Shown here: in pieces, positions 18,785-28,434 of the stretch
Position numbering within the stretch: position 1 is the stretch's first letter
Layout: every line of letters begins with the position of its first letter
From: an uncultured Saccharicrinis sp.
Lineage (GTDB): Bacteria > Bacteroidota > Bacteroidia > Bacteroidales > Marinilabiliaceae
NCBI GenBank assembly: GCA_963677245.1
Contig: OY781921.1
Location: 900,149 to 964,148 of the forward strand
Direction: 5' to 3'
Length of the DNA stretch: 64,000 bases
Notes under the pieces: model-generated
What the model saw: only the letters and a program-made list of their open reading frames with translations
The model's database searches: none
What the model was told of the DNA's origin: nothing
Position numbers and translations under genes: made by a program

Positions 18785-19378
18785 TTATTTGAATAAACAG
18801 TAATAAATAGTTTTAAAAATGAGTTTCACATCCCCCTTCAAGGTCCGATTGTCAACGTATTTTTCGTAATAATTTAGCTTTTGAGGAAGTACATCTTCTA
18901 AATAAGTCTTTTCAGGATGATTTGATTGCCGTAAAAGATTCTCCTCATCTCGGAATTCAAGAGAGGCATTATCGGTAATCCCAGGAACAACAGACAGAAC
19001 CTTATCCCACCGCTCAGTATAAATGTTAACCCACTTTTCCACTTCCGGTCTTGGACCAACAAAAGACATTTCGCCTTTCAATACATTAAAAAGTTGAGGT
19101 AATTCATCCAGCTTAGTTTTTCGTAATATATTTCCAATTGATGTTACTCTACTTGAATTACCTGCATCAAACTCACCCATTCGAGCTGTTTGCTTGACTG
19201 TCATTGTCCTAAACTTAATTAGATAAAATGGCTTCCTGTTTTTGCCAATTCTTCTTTGAATAAAAAACACCGGCCATCCGGAAAAAATCAATATCAAACA
19301 GGCTATGAATAAACCGATTGGCATTAATAAAACAATACCCAACAAAGAAACTACAATATCAAAAAGACGTTTAAGCAT
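18785..19378 (-). CDS. Small initiating phosphoglycosyl transferase (bacterial sugar transferase, PglC/WcfS-like)
   Basis: KRLFDIVVSLLGIVLLMP re-entrant helix, DELPQLFNVLKGEMSFVGPRPE, PGITD. I prefer the internal Met (MLKRLFD) at 19378. The track start at 19429 would overlap the upstream gene by 25 nt. Confidence 0.85.
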   Translation of the reverse strand: MLKRLFDIVVSLLGIVLLMPIGLFIACLILIFSGWPVFFIQRRIGKNRKPFYLIKFRTMTVKQTARMGEFDAGNSSRVTSIGNILRKTKLDELPQLFNVLKGEMSFVGPRPEVEKWVNIYTERWDKVLSVVPGITDNASLEFRDEENLLRQSNHPEKTYLEDVLPQKLNYYEKYVDNRTLKGDVKLIFKTIYYCLFK

Positions 19379-19404
19379 CCAGGTTTTAACAGAAGTATTT
19401 ACAT

Positions 19405-20538
19405 CTACTTTTTGGCAATTCCATACCATTTATTACTTAACCTGGTATTTCCCATTATTAATTTCAAAACTCGCCATGAAGTATTTTTTATTCGGTAATC
19501 TGCAGGTATTTCCTGATAGCACCCATTCTTATGCTCCTCTATAACCAGTTTTATAGAATTCAGAATAATATCCGGTTCAAAACCAGTTAGAATGATAGTA
19601 CCTGCATCCTGAGCTTCCGGACGTTCCATAGACTGACGTATAGAAATGGCAGGGAACGATAAAATGGCCGATTCTTCACTAATGGTGCCACTATCAGAAA
19701 TGGTACAAACAGCATTCTTCTGCAAATGCACATAATCACTAAAACCAAAAGGTTTTAAAAAACGAATATGATTACGGTCAGAACTTTGATTTACATTCTC
19801 CAATCTTTTTCTGGTTCTTGGATGCGTAGATACAATAATCGGAAACTGATAATCGGAATAAATGGTATTTAAAACCTGGATTATTTTTTCCAGATTTTGA
19901 GGATTATCAACATTCTCTTCGCGATGCACACTAACAACAAAATATTGTTTTTTCTGAATATCCAGTTCTTGTAAAATATTAGATTCCTCTATTTTAGATT
20001 GATAAGCACTTAAAATCTCATTCATGGGCGAACCTGTAAGATATATCCTACGATGCGGAAGTCCTTCACTTATCAGATGTCGTCTGGCATGCTCAGTATA
20101 TACCAAATTAAAATCAGCCAGATGATCAATTACTTTTCGGTTTATTTCTTCCGGAACGTTAAAATCAAAACTCCTGTTACCAGCTTCCATATGAAAAATA
20201 GGAATATGCAAACGTTTGGCTACGTAAGCCGACAAACACGAATTTGTATCGCCCAGCACAAGAACTGCATCTGGTTTAACCTCAAGCATAACTTGTTCTG
20301 ATTTTTTAATTAAATCACCAATTGTCGCCCCTAATGAACTTACATCCACTTTTAAAAAATAATCCGGTTTCCTTAGTTCCAAATCTTTAAAAAAAACTTC
20401 GCTTAACTCATAATCGTAATTCTGACCTGTATGTACCAATATATGATCCAAATGCTTATCTAATAAAGTAATTACCCGTGACAAACGAATAATTTCGGGT
20501 CGTGTACCAACAATGGTCATTATTTTTAATGCGGGCAT
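19405..20538 (-). CDS. fnlC: UDP-N-acetylglucosamine/UDP-2-acetamido-2,6-dideoxy-hexose 2-epimerase (FnlC/CapG type)
   Basis: LKIMTIVGTRPEIIRLS N-terminus of non-hydrolysing 2-epimerases. Located after fnlA and fnlB. Confidence 0.85.
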   Translation of the reverse strand: MPALKIMTIVGTRPEIIRLSRVITLLDKHLDHILVHTGQNYDYELSEVFFKDLELRKPDYFLKVDVSSLGATIGDLIKKSEQVMLEVKPDAVLVLGDTNSCLSAYVAKRLHIPIFHMEAGNRSFDFNVPEEINRKVIDHLADFNLVYTEHARRHLISEGLPHRRIYLTGSPMNEILSAYQSKIEESNILQELDIQKKQYFVVSVHREENVDNPQNLEKIIQVLNTIYSDYQFPIIVSTHPRTRKRLENVNQSSDRNHIRFLKPFGFSDYVHLQKNAVCTISDSGTISEESAILSFPAISIRQSMERPEAQDAGTIILTGFEPDIILNSIKLVIEEHKNGCYQEIPADYRIKNTSWRVLKLIMGNTRLSNKWYGIAKK

Positions 20539-20616
20539 ATTTGATGTTTTTAAAATGAATATTGGCTTATAGATTTTTTCTATTCTGTATATTACTCCAA
20601 ACCTATCAATACAAAC

Positions 20617-21783
20617 TTATACATGGGAGGCATCGACCTCTTTTCTGGTATTGACTTCTTCAAAATAGGTATCCGGATCTTCAGGATTAAAAAATTCATT
20701 TATCCAAAAAACGGTGTACAACTCTTCGTTTCCAATATTGGTAATATTGTGGGTATACCAAACCGGAATATCTATAAATGAAGGCTTATCTCCATCTAAA
20801 ACAAACTCAATAACTTCAGAAGTACCTATTCTCCGTAAGCAAACCAAGGCCTTGCCTTTTATAACAGCAAAACGTTCTAGTTTGCGAGTGTGATAGTGGT
20901 TTCCTCTGGTAATTTCTGGCTTTGTCGTTGAAAAAGAAACCTGACCTCCGCGTAGCGTTTTTATAATTTCAACAAAACTGCCCCTGTCATCCTCATGCTT
21001 ATCGTATTCGAATGGATAAAAAGATTGCAGGTCATTATAACAAATGAAGGTATTAAAAAGGTTGTATTCAAAGTTATCATCAACCTGAGGAATAATACCT
21101 TCCTGAATATACTGCTCAGCATAATTCTGCAGTAACTGATAAATTTCTGATACTTTTCTGCTGGTCGTATGAGGTACTTTCATATAATTAGCAACCATTT
21201 CATTCTGGATCACTTTCCAAATAAAATCAACCAATTCCTGAATGTAGATCAGATTAAGCTTTGCATCAGTATCTATAACAGCTTGCTCTCCATGTGTTAT
21301 TTGATGGCAAAATGTAGCCACTACTGAATTATAATATGGATTTCCAAAAGGACCGTATACATTTGGAATGAGCATACCTGTAAACAAAGCTTCATTTTTT
21401 AAAGCCCAATTTGCAAACCTTGTTCTACCCTCTTTTTTTGATTGTCCAAAAATGTTATTTCTTTCTTCCTGAATAGAAGATGAAAATAAAACATGTGGCT
21501 TAGAATCCGTATCTTCCATAGCCGCAATTAATTGATCTACAAGTTGAATATTGGTATTGTAAATAGTTTGAGGATCATTATGTCGATTTAATGCTGCCAA
21601 ATGAATAATAACATCGCATTGACTAACAAATTCACATAATAAATGATAGTCTTCAAAAAAGTCATCTCTAAAAGCAACACGCTCTACTTCATCTGTTTTT
21701 GTTCCTAAGAAATTATAGATATGTGTACCTATAAAGCCGGCTTGCCCCGTAATTCCAATCCTTATCTTTCTATCAGTATCCAT
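20617..21783 (-). CDS. fnlB: CapF/FnlB-type bifunctional reductase/epimerase (SDR N-domain plus C-terminal cupin)
   Basis: GITGQAGFIGTH Rossmann motif and a C-terminal cupin (EDDRGSFVEI...GNHYHTRK). Overlaps fnlA by 11 nt. Confidence 0.8.
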   Translation of the reverse strand: MDTDRKIRIGITGQAGFIGTHIYNFLGTKTDEVERVAFRDDFFEDYHLLCEFVSQCDVIIHLAALNRHNDPQTIYNTNIQLVDQLIAAMEDTDSKPHVLFSSSIQEERNNIFGQSKKEGRTRFANWALKNEALFTGMLIPNVYGPFGNPYYNSVVATFCHQITHGEQAVIDTDAKLNLIYIQELVDFIWKVIQNEMVANYMKVPHTTSRKVSEIYQLLQNYAEQYIQEGIIPQVDDNFEYNLFNTFICYNDLQSFYPFEYDKHEDDRGSFVEIIKTLRGGQVSFSTTKPEITRGNHYHTRKLERFAVIKGKALVCLRRIGTSEVIEFVLDGDKPSFIDIPVWYTHNITNIGNEELYTVFWINEFFNPEDPDTYFEEVNTRKEVDASHV

Positions 21784-22816
21784 ATGCCTGTTCTACTTTT
21801 TCAATGTTCAAATCTTTTTTAATAAAGCGCAGTTGCATCAATAAAGCTTTGGTTTCTTCCACATTAAGTTGTTGCGTATTAAAGGAGTTATACTCATCAA
21901 CAATAGAAACTTTAGATTGTCCTTCGGTAAAATATTTGTTATAATTCAAGTTCCTGGCATCTGCTGTAATCCTGAAATAATCACCCTCATCTGTTGCTCT
22001 TACCATCTCTTCTCGATTGATTAAAGTTTCATGTAATTTTTCACCATGACGAGTTCCAATTACTTTAATAGGTACATGGGCATCATATAGCTCTTTAACT
22101 GCCTGAGCTAAAATTCCAATTGTTGTTGAAGGTGATTTCTGAACGAAAATATCCCCGTTTTTACCATTGGTAAATGCAAATAGTACCAGTTCAACTGCAT
22201 TTTCAAGCGACATCATAAAGCGGGTCATATTCGGATCTGTTACTGTTAACGGCATATTGTTTTTTATCTGACTTACAAACAACGGTATAACCGATCCTCT
22301 GGAAGCCATCACATTACCATAGCGCGTACCACAAAAAACTACTCCTGAACCATTTAAAGATCTGGAATTAGCGATCATCACTTTTTCACTCAATGCTTTG
22401 GACATTCCCATGGCATTCACCGGATAAACTGCTTTATCAGTACTTAACACCACCACTCTGGAAACTTTGTTTTGTAAGGCAGATTCCAACACATTTTCGC
22501 AACCTAATACATTAGTTCGTACAGCTTCTGTTGGAAAAAATTCACACGATGGAACTTGTTTTAGTGCGGCCGCATGAAACACATAATCCACACCTTGCAT
22601 AGCATGGTCAATACTCTGACGGCTTCGGACGTCACCTATAAAGTATTTAATTTTAGCATTTTGATAAAACTGGCGCATGTCATCCTGCTTTTTCTCATCT
22701 CTGCTAAATATCCTGATTTGCCCAATATCGGTATTTAGAAAACGCCTCAACACAGCATTTCCGAAAGAACCAGAACCTCCCGTAATTAATAATGTTTTAT
22801 TTGAAAATGAATTCAT
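21773..22816 (-). CDS. fnlA: UDP-GlcNAc 4,6-dehydratase/5-epimerase (CapE/FnlA type)
   Basis: LLITGGSGSFGNAV, HAAALKQVP, STDKAVYPVNAMGMSKALSEK. Confidence 0.9.
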   Translation of the reverse strand: MNSFSNKTLLITGGSGSFGNAVLRRFLNTDIGQIRIFSRDEKKQDDMRQFYQNAKIKYFIGDVRSRQSIDHAMQGVDYVFHAAALKQVPSCEFFPTEAVRTNVLGCENVLESALQNKVSRVVVLSTDKAVYPVNAMGMSKALSEKVMIANSRSLNGSGVVFCGTRYGNVMASRGSVIPLFVSQIKNNMPLTVTDPNMTRFMMSLENAVELVLFAFTNGKNGDIFVQKSPSTTIGILAQAVKELYDAHVPIKVIGTRHGEKLHETLINREEMVRATDEGDYFRITADARNLNYNKYFTEGQSKVSIVDEYNSFNTQQLNVEETKALLMQLRFIKKDLNIEKVEQAYGY

Positions 22817-23052
22817 ATTAAAAAGGATTTAGGAATTAAACAACAACAATACATTAACATTCAGCGCAGTATCAAAGAAATATTCAAAGTGACTATTTGA
22901 AGAAGAATTTTAGTCTTCTAAACAAATTATACATCTTATTACTCTGATACATTAATTCGTCTCCTAATTCTATATTTAAAAGTGAATAGTGTTTTTGATG
23001 ATTACTTAAATTTGATTCTTTGTATATCTATTTATTGATGATAATTAGCTCT

Positions 23053-24243
23053 TCAATTTTCTGACACAAAACGGTTAATTTCATCCTCAGATATTAAATA
23101 TAAATCACTGCTTTCTAAGCCTTTCTGATTTATAAAATTTACAGCAAGATGATGACCTCCCTGATTTCGCTGGAGTCGGGATTTGGCAAAACTAAACTTA
23201 AAATTAGGCCGTTTATTTTTCCATTTTCCGCACTCAACTTCCGTTACACTATCTTTATCTGATATCATATACAATCGGGTTTTATCATCTTTCTCATTGG
23301 GGAAATTTTCTCTGTCTGTACTCATGATAAGATTTCCATTTTTCAGTTTTGTTCCAAAGAAGATAGCACCTGTAATAGCGTAAATTTTATCAAGTTCATG
23401 GCTTTGTTTATCCCAGCGATAAATACCAGATACATTTTCATCTCCGGTATCTGTCCCCCAATAAACGGCCTCTTTTTTAAAAACCAACTGACAGGTTCGC
23501 CACTGTTGACTTCCACTTCCAATAGGCTCAATGGATTTAAAACCATCCTCCGAAAAGGCGATCATACACTCCTTATCCTCATCTCCAGTACAAACCCATA
23601 ATTTGTTGGTAAACGGATCTCTTTGTATGGCATGTATATGTCTAATTTCACCTTTGGGAAAAGTATAGGCTATATTCCAGTTTCGACCATAATCTAAACT
23701 TTGGTAGATATGAACTGAGGCTCGTTCTTGATTTCTAAAATATTCACCTATATAAACACAACCATTACCAAGGTTTAAAATACCGGTACTCATTATTCCA
23801 CGTCCAATACCAATTCCGAAATATGGTAATTTGAGAGATCTGATAAAGCCGTTTTTATGGCTATTCTGAAAATAAAGAAATCCTGCCGAAAAAGCAGTCA
23901 TTTTTCCATTATTGCCTACCGTTAATTCCATACACTCTGGCTTATTAAGCCATTTACGAAACAATGAAAAGTTACCAAACCAAAATAAAGAAAGACCTAT
24001 TTTTAAACGAGCAATTTTAAAAAATGATTTGGTTCCTTTGCGGAGTTTATATACAACCAAACCTCTACTAGCAAACAAATTACCTTCATTATCATACTCA
24101 TGAACTATTAAATTCTTAGCTTTTTGAGACGCAAAACCAAACACGTTCCTTTCAGACATTTTCACTTCTCTGGGACCATAATAATCTTTGATAAAGTAGA
24201 GCAAAATACATATAAAAATCACACTTATACTTGCAACGACCAT
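23053..24243 (-). CDS. Membrane-anchored protein, probably beta-propeller (one clean BNR/Asp-box)
   Basis: N-terminal TM helix (VVASISVIFICILLYFI). One Asp-box-like SLDYGRNW and one degenerate FSEDGFKS. Repeated strand-rich W/Y/G pattern. No family recognised with certainty. Confidence 0.35.
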   Translation of the reverse strand: MVVASISVIFICILLYFIKDYYGPREVKMSERNVFGFASQKAKNLIVHEYDNEGNLFASRGLVVYKLRKGTKSFFKIARLKIGLSLFWFGNFSLFRKWLNKPECMELTVGNNGKMTAFSAGFLYFQNSHKNGFIRSLKLPYFGIGIGRGIMSTGILNLGNGCVYIGEYFRNQERASVHIYQSLDYGRNWNIAYTFPKGEIRHIHAIQRDPFTNKLWVCTGDEDKECMIAFSEDGFKSIEPIGSGSQQWRTCQLVFKKEAVYWGTDTGDENVSGIYRWDKQSHELDKIYAITGAIFFGTKLKNGNLIMSTDRENFPNEKDDKTRLYMISDKDSVTEVECGKWKNKRPNFKFSFAKSRLQRNQGGHHLAVNFINQKGLESSDLYLISEDEINRFVSEN

Positions 24244-24293
24244 GAGCCAGTGTTATGCATTAACCTCAATTCTATCAAGACATTAAAGTTTAA

Positions 24294-24815
24294 TTAATTT
24301 GATAACTTAATTAGCCACTCTTCTCGCCAATAATGAAAACAAGCTCTATCACATCCTCCCTGAAAAAAACCAGTACAATGTACACCATCTAAAAAGTAAC
24401 TGGGGCTCCTTAACTTTCTCAGTTCTCCATTGGATTCAAGCTTTATTTTTTCGGCTTTCTTAAATATTTTAAACTGCTTTCCACAAAACGCTTCCATTTC
24501 GGGCATAAAATACAAACCTTTGAATTTACCTTTCTCATCAAGAGTTGCCGTAATTTCTTTTAAGGAGCGCACCTGTACCTTATCTCCAACCATAAGATTT
24601 AGAGGTTCAACAGCTGTAGAATCAGCAACCGCTGTATCTTCCATCATTGCATTTGCGCTAGTTCTTTTCATTAACTTGTACTTCATTCTTGATTTCAGTG
24701 TAAATAGTTTATTGAAAAATATTCTAACCATTCTCACCAAAGTCGGCCGCATTTCGCTAGCTATTGTAACCGGAGTTTCCTCGAAATTACAAGTGTTATC
24801 CATCGAATTATTCAT
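24294..24815 (-). CDS. Small uncharacterised protein with a C-terminal C-x7-C-x3-C motif
   Basis: 173 aa. The central part GDKVQVRSLKEITATLDEKGKFKGLYFMPEM is SH3/KOW-like by eye. The C-terminus is HCTGFFQGGCDRACFHYWREEWL. It lies on the same strand as its neighbours with about 50-nt spacing to each. Confidence 0.4.
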   Translation of the reverse strand: MNNSMDNTCNFEETPVTIASEMRPTLVRMVRIFFNKLFTLKSRMKYKLMKRTSANAMMEDTAVADSTAVEPLNLMVGDKVQVRSLKEITATLDEKGKFKGLYFMPEMEAFCGKQFKIFKKAEKIKLESNGELRKLRSPSYFLDGVHCTGFFQGGCDRACFHYWREEWLIKLSN

Positions 24816-24867
24816 AAACTAATTTTTAAGGTTATACAATTTCAATTCTATTTCTTCAAACTATATC

Positions 24868-26169
24868 TTATTTTGGTTGCCATTCAAATGGGCCTAAATC
24901 AGGTGCTTTCCCGATGTAATTGTTTCCTATATCTACACCAGCGTTAATCAGGTCGCTTTTTTCTGCTAATCTTAAAAACTTAATATCCGGAAGATCCCCA
25001 TTTTTTTGTCGTTTTCCGGATACTCCTGCTGTATCAACAGAAATAAAATCATTATCACTAACGGACTTATGTATTTTATAATTCCAGCTATTATTTGTAT
25101 TTGCTGCATTGACTGAGAAATAATCTTTACCACCATTACGGTAGCTAATATTATTCTTATAAACAGAATTCGTATTAAACTGGCCTGTGCTAAAACCTGA
25201 TTCTTTGTTTTTAAAGGCTATGTTATTATAGAATATCATTTTTACGAAAGCATCATTCTGATTAAATCCAATAAAACGATTATAGAACGCCATGCAATTT
25301 GTGAGAATCCTTTGAGGAATTTTCGAAGGTGATAAAGTTGTTTTTCCGAGTTTGAATCCTCCTCCATCGCCTTGACCTCTTCCGTTATCAAACGCCCAGC
25401 ATTTTTCAAAAATTACTGTTCCTTCGTTTTTCCAGCAATCAAATCCATCATCTGAATTATACCATGCCCGGCATCCAAAAAAACTGGTGTAAGAATTTTT
25501 TGATGTAAAACAGAAAACAAAACCATCGGCTTGTCCACCCTTATATCCTTTTGTTGATACATCGAAATTATTATAGGAATCACAATTAATGAGCGCTACA
25601 GTATCTGTTGCATATCCCTGAAAACCGGCCCCTTCATTATTATATGCATTACAATTTTCAACTTTGTATACACCTCCATGTTCAAATAAATAGGCACATG
25701 CTCCGGTATTATATGTATGCTGACTAACTCCAGTGACCGATAATCCTTTTAGGTATATATATGAACAACGATTTAAATAAATACCGATATTGTCATCGCT
25801 ACTCTTTTTTATGGTAGAACAATCTAAAATGGGATGTTCCAAAGGGTAATTAAAAATATGAATTGGTTTTAATTTAGTTCCTTTTCTATTCGATAAAATC
25901 ACTCCATAAGGATCCAGTAAATTAGCATAATATGTACCTCCTCTAATATAAATAGTATCACCAGCACCCGCCATATTAAATCCTTTTTGCCATGTAGCCC
26001 ATGGCTTTTCGAAAGTTCCCGGATTATTATCATTTCCATTGCTTGCTACATAAAAAGTATTCCTATTAGAATTAAACTCCTGAGATGAAGATTGTGCTGT
26101 AGCATTATCTATCCATAACAACACCAGGTAAATTATTAAAACGTATGACTTAAATACAACAAACATCAA
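24868..26169 (-). CDS. Secreted right-handed parallel beta-helix (pectate-lyase fold) protein; paralogue B
   Basis: Signal peptide ending in ATAQSS. Same length (433 aa) and same motif order as 14648..15949 (IFNYP, YNSDDGFDCW, GDGGGFKLG, NCMAFYNRFIGFNQN, DLGPF). Confidence 0.65.
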   Translation of the reverse strand: MMFVVFKSYVLIIYLVLLWIDNATAQSSSQEFNSNRNTFYVASNGNDNNPGTFEKPWATWQKGFNMAGAGDTIYIRGGTYYANLLDPYGVILSNRKGTKLKPIHIFNYPLEHPILDCSTIKKSSDDNIGIYLNRCSYIYLKGLSVTGVSQHTYNTGACAYLFEHGGVYKVENCNAYNNEGAGFQGYATDTVALINCDSYNNFDVSTKGYKGGQADGFVFCFTSKNSYTSFFGCRAWYNSDDGFDCWKNEGTVIFEKCWAFDNGRGQGDGGGFKLGKTTLSPSKIPQRILTNCMAFYNRFIGFNQNDAFVKMIFYNNIAFKNKESGFSTGQFNTNSVYKNNISYRNGGKDYFSVNAANTNNSWNYKIHKSVSDNDFISVDTAGVSGKRQKNGDLPDIKFLRLAEKSDLINAGVDIGNNYIGKAPDLGPFEWQPK

Positions 26170-26233
26170 TCTTATTAAAAGGGAATATCAAACCAATCTT
26201 TAAAATTATATACTGTTTAAGAAATTTATTGTT

Positions 26234-27436
26234 TTACACTTTTGCTTCAGAAATTACTGTAGCCAGCTTATGCAAATTGCTTTTTCTTGAAAATTTTTCA
26301 AAAGCATAATCAAAACCATTAACACCAAATTGTTTTAGATAATCTTTGGGCGTAGCATAAACATAGCGAAGCAATTTCTCTAATTTTTTAGGATCCTCAG
26401 GAGAAACTGTCCAGCCACATTTGGCATTATGAATTGCACTTGCAATAGCACTGTTTTCTTCCACTGATGCGATTATTGGTTTTTTAGAAAACATATAAGC
26501 AGGTAGTTTAGATGGCATGGCAAAAAGCGCAGTGTTCTTTCTCAACCCTAAAATTAAGACATCTGCCTGATTTTGAATTTCAGGAACTTTATTTAAAGGA
26601 GCATCCCAGAATTCAACTTTGAATTCTCTGTTTCCATTGACTAATGATTTTAAATATTCCTTCTCGGAACCACTTCCTGCAATTATTAAGCGGGCATGAT
26701 GCAATTTACTGATTTTATAAGCCAGAATTATAATTTCTAAAGCTGCCGATTTACTCAAGCAACCCAGAAACATAAAAGTAAAAGGCCTATTCTCTAAATC
26801 TTCTTCATTTTTGTTTTGCCTTTCATTATACTGCAAAAAGATGTCATCGTTTTGCCAATTATGTATTACCTCAACATTTTTATTTTCTAATCTTCTTGTT
26901 TTAACCAACATCTCCTTCATATTCGAAGAGATAGTAATGACCTTAGATGAGTTTTGAAGAATAAATTTGTCGATAGGTAAAAGCAATGTAAAAACGGTTC
27001 TTTTAAACAATGGTAATTTGTTAACCAATGATTCCGGGTAAATATCCATTACATGAGTAATGGCTGGTATTTTATATTCCTTAGCTACCTTAACAATTTG
27101 ATATTGTGCAAACAGTGGCCACGCCAACACATAAATTGTTTTAATCTCTTTATGATGTTTTCTAACGAATTCGGCAGCATGCTTTCCAAAACTAATACTC
27201 TCTCGCATCCTTCCTACAAAAGAAGACTTTGGACAAGTATATGATTTTAATATATGGTGACTTATCTTGTTTTTATGATGACCATTATTTTTAAATCGAA
27301 AACCCAGAGGTCTCGTTGGCTCAGGCGTTATGACCTGCACTTTATTCTTTTCGGATAATGACATAGCCAGGTCGTAACATAGTGTTGCCGCAGTAACTGG
27401 TTCGGGTGGAAAATGAGATGACACTAACAAAATCAT
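26234..27436 (-). CDS. GT4 glycosyltransferase, WbuB-like (candidate L-FucNAc transferase)
   Basis: GT-B fold with a C-terminal E-x7-E-like region (MPSKLPAYMFSKKPIIAS). N-terminus ILLVSSHFPPE. The WbuB call rests mainly on its occurrence with fnlABC. Confidence 0.65.
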   Translation of the reverse strand: MILLVSSHFPPEPVTAATLCYDLAMSLSEKNKVQVITPEPTRPLGFRFKNNGHHKNKISHHILKSYTCPKSSFVGRMRESISFGKHAAEFVRKHHKEIKTIYVLAWPLFAQYQIVKVAKEYKIPAITHVMDIYPESLVNKLPLFKRTVFTLLLPIDKFILQNSSKVITISSNMKEMLVKTRRLENKNVEVIHNWQNDDIFLQYNERQNKNEEDLENRPFTFMFLGCLSKSAALEIIILAYKISKLHHARLIIAGSGSEKEYLKSLVNGNREFKVEFWDAPLNKVPEIQNQADVLILGLRKNTALFAMPSKLPAYMFSKKPIIASVEENSAIASAIHNAKCGWTVSPEDPKKLEKLLRYVYATPKDYLKQFGVNGFDYAFEKFSRKSNLHKLATVISEAKV

Positions 27437-27457
27437 AATACACTTACTTTAAATTAT

Positions 27458-28393
27458 TCAATACATTTCATCCTGGTATATCACCTTTGCTACATGTTCT
27501 GGCTCCTGTTTATGTTCTTTTATCATCTGAGTCAAAATTCGATGTCCCTGGTATAAATCCACTACTTTTCTTAGCATAGTATTTTTAAAGCTTCTTTTTC
27601 CAAGTATCGAAATGTAAAATGTAACAATTGACTTAATTAGTATGAGTAATATGGGATTTAGAATATACACTCTTGTAATTGGAACTCTATCGAAACGCAT
27701 ATATCGCTTAAATTTATTTAAGGTTGGCATGGGCGTAAATGATTCTATACCATCTGAAATACTTACACGATTGTGTTTTTTAAGTAATTCGTTTACTACA
27801 ACATACATTAATCCACTCATTGGATAATAGGTTGCATAATCACGGTTTATATGCTGCAGATGAAAAGATTGCTTTCCTTCTACTTCATAGGCAATGGCAT
27901 AGGCAATCAATTTTTCCTGAAAATAAGCTCCAATAATAATGGTATCCTTTTGTTCATAAAAAAGTGTAATATACTTTTCCCACAACTTCGGTTCTGATAA
28001 AAATTTATCTTTTCTCTTCTGTATTTTAAGTGTTTGTATGTTGATCAATAGTCCATCTGTAATCAGGTCTTTTAGTGGAGGTCTTTTAAATTCGCAACTT
28101 TTTAAGCTTTTACGAACGGTTGTTCTGGTTCGCTTCCTAAAGCTTTCCACTTCATATTCATTGGTATTTAAAATATACTCATATGTATTTTTTCGTTGAA
28201 AATCTGTTTTGATGACCGTAATCAGATATTTCCATTTTAAAGAATTAACAATTTTCTTGTTGATATGAGATATACTTAATTGTGGAAATGCATAATTAAG
28301 CAGCCCTCTATTCAAAAAATATTGTCCCTCCTTATTTTGTATTTGAAAACCTGTTTGTTGATGGATATTCACAAATTCCTGTAGATTCATCAC
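27458..28393 (-). CDS. Uncharacterised protein, possibly FemAB/BioF2-like (GNAT-fold) acyl- or aminoacyl-transferase
   Basis: 311 aa. The segment IIIGAYFQEKLIAYAIAYEVEGKQSFHLQHINRDYATYYPMSGLMYVVVNELLK resembles the acceptor/acyl-CoA region of Acetyltransf_6/FemAB-like proteins. This is weak, by-eye evidence. Confidence 0.35.
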   Translation of the reverse strand: MMNLQEFVNIHQQTGFQIQNKEGQYFLNRGLLNYAFPQLSISHINKKIVNSLKWKYLITVIKTDFQRKNTYEYILNTNEYEVESFRKRTRTTVRKSLKSCEFKRPPLKDLITDGLLINIQTLKIQKRKDKFLSEPKLWEKYITLFYEQKDTIIIGAYFQEKLIAYAIAYEVEGKQSFHLQHINRDYATYYPMSGLMYVVVNELLKKHNRVSISDGIESFTPMPTLNKFKRYMRFDRVPITRVYILNPILLILIKSIVTFYISILGKRSFKNTMLRKVVDLYQGHRILTQMIKEHKQEPEHVAKVIYQDEMY

Positions 28394-28434
28394 GCTTTAT
28401 TTAAAATTCCTATGTACACTCTACACATTATATT

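Noticed and set aside
24430-24822. A 130-aa plus-strand ORF overlapping the small Cys-motif gene.
   Set aside because: It is antisense to a 26-kb co-directional operon and has Ser/Ile/Leu-rich, low-complexity composition with no motifs. This is a typical shadow ORF in AT-rich DNA.
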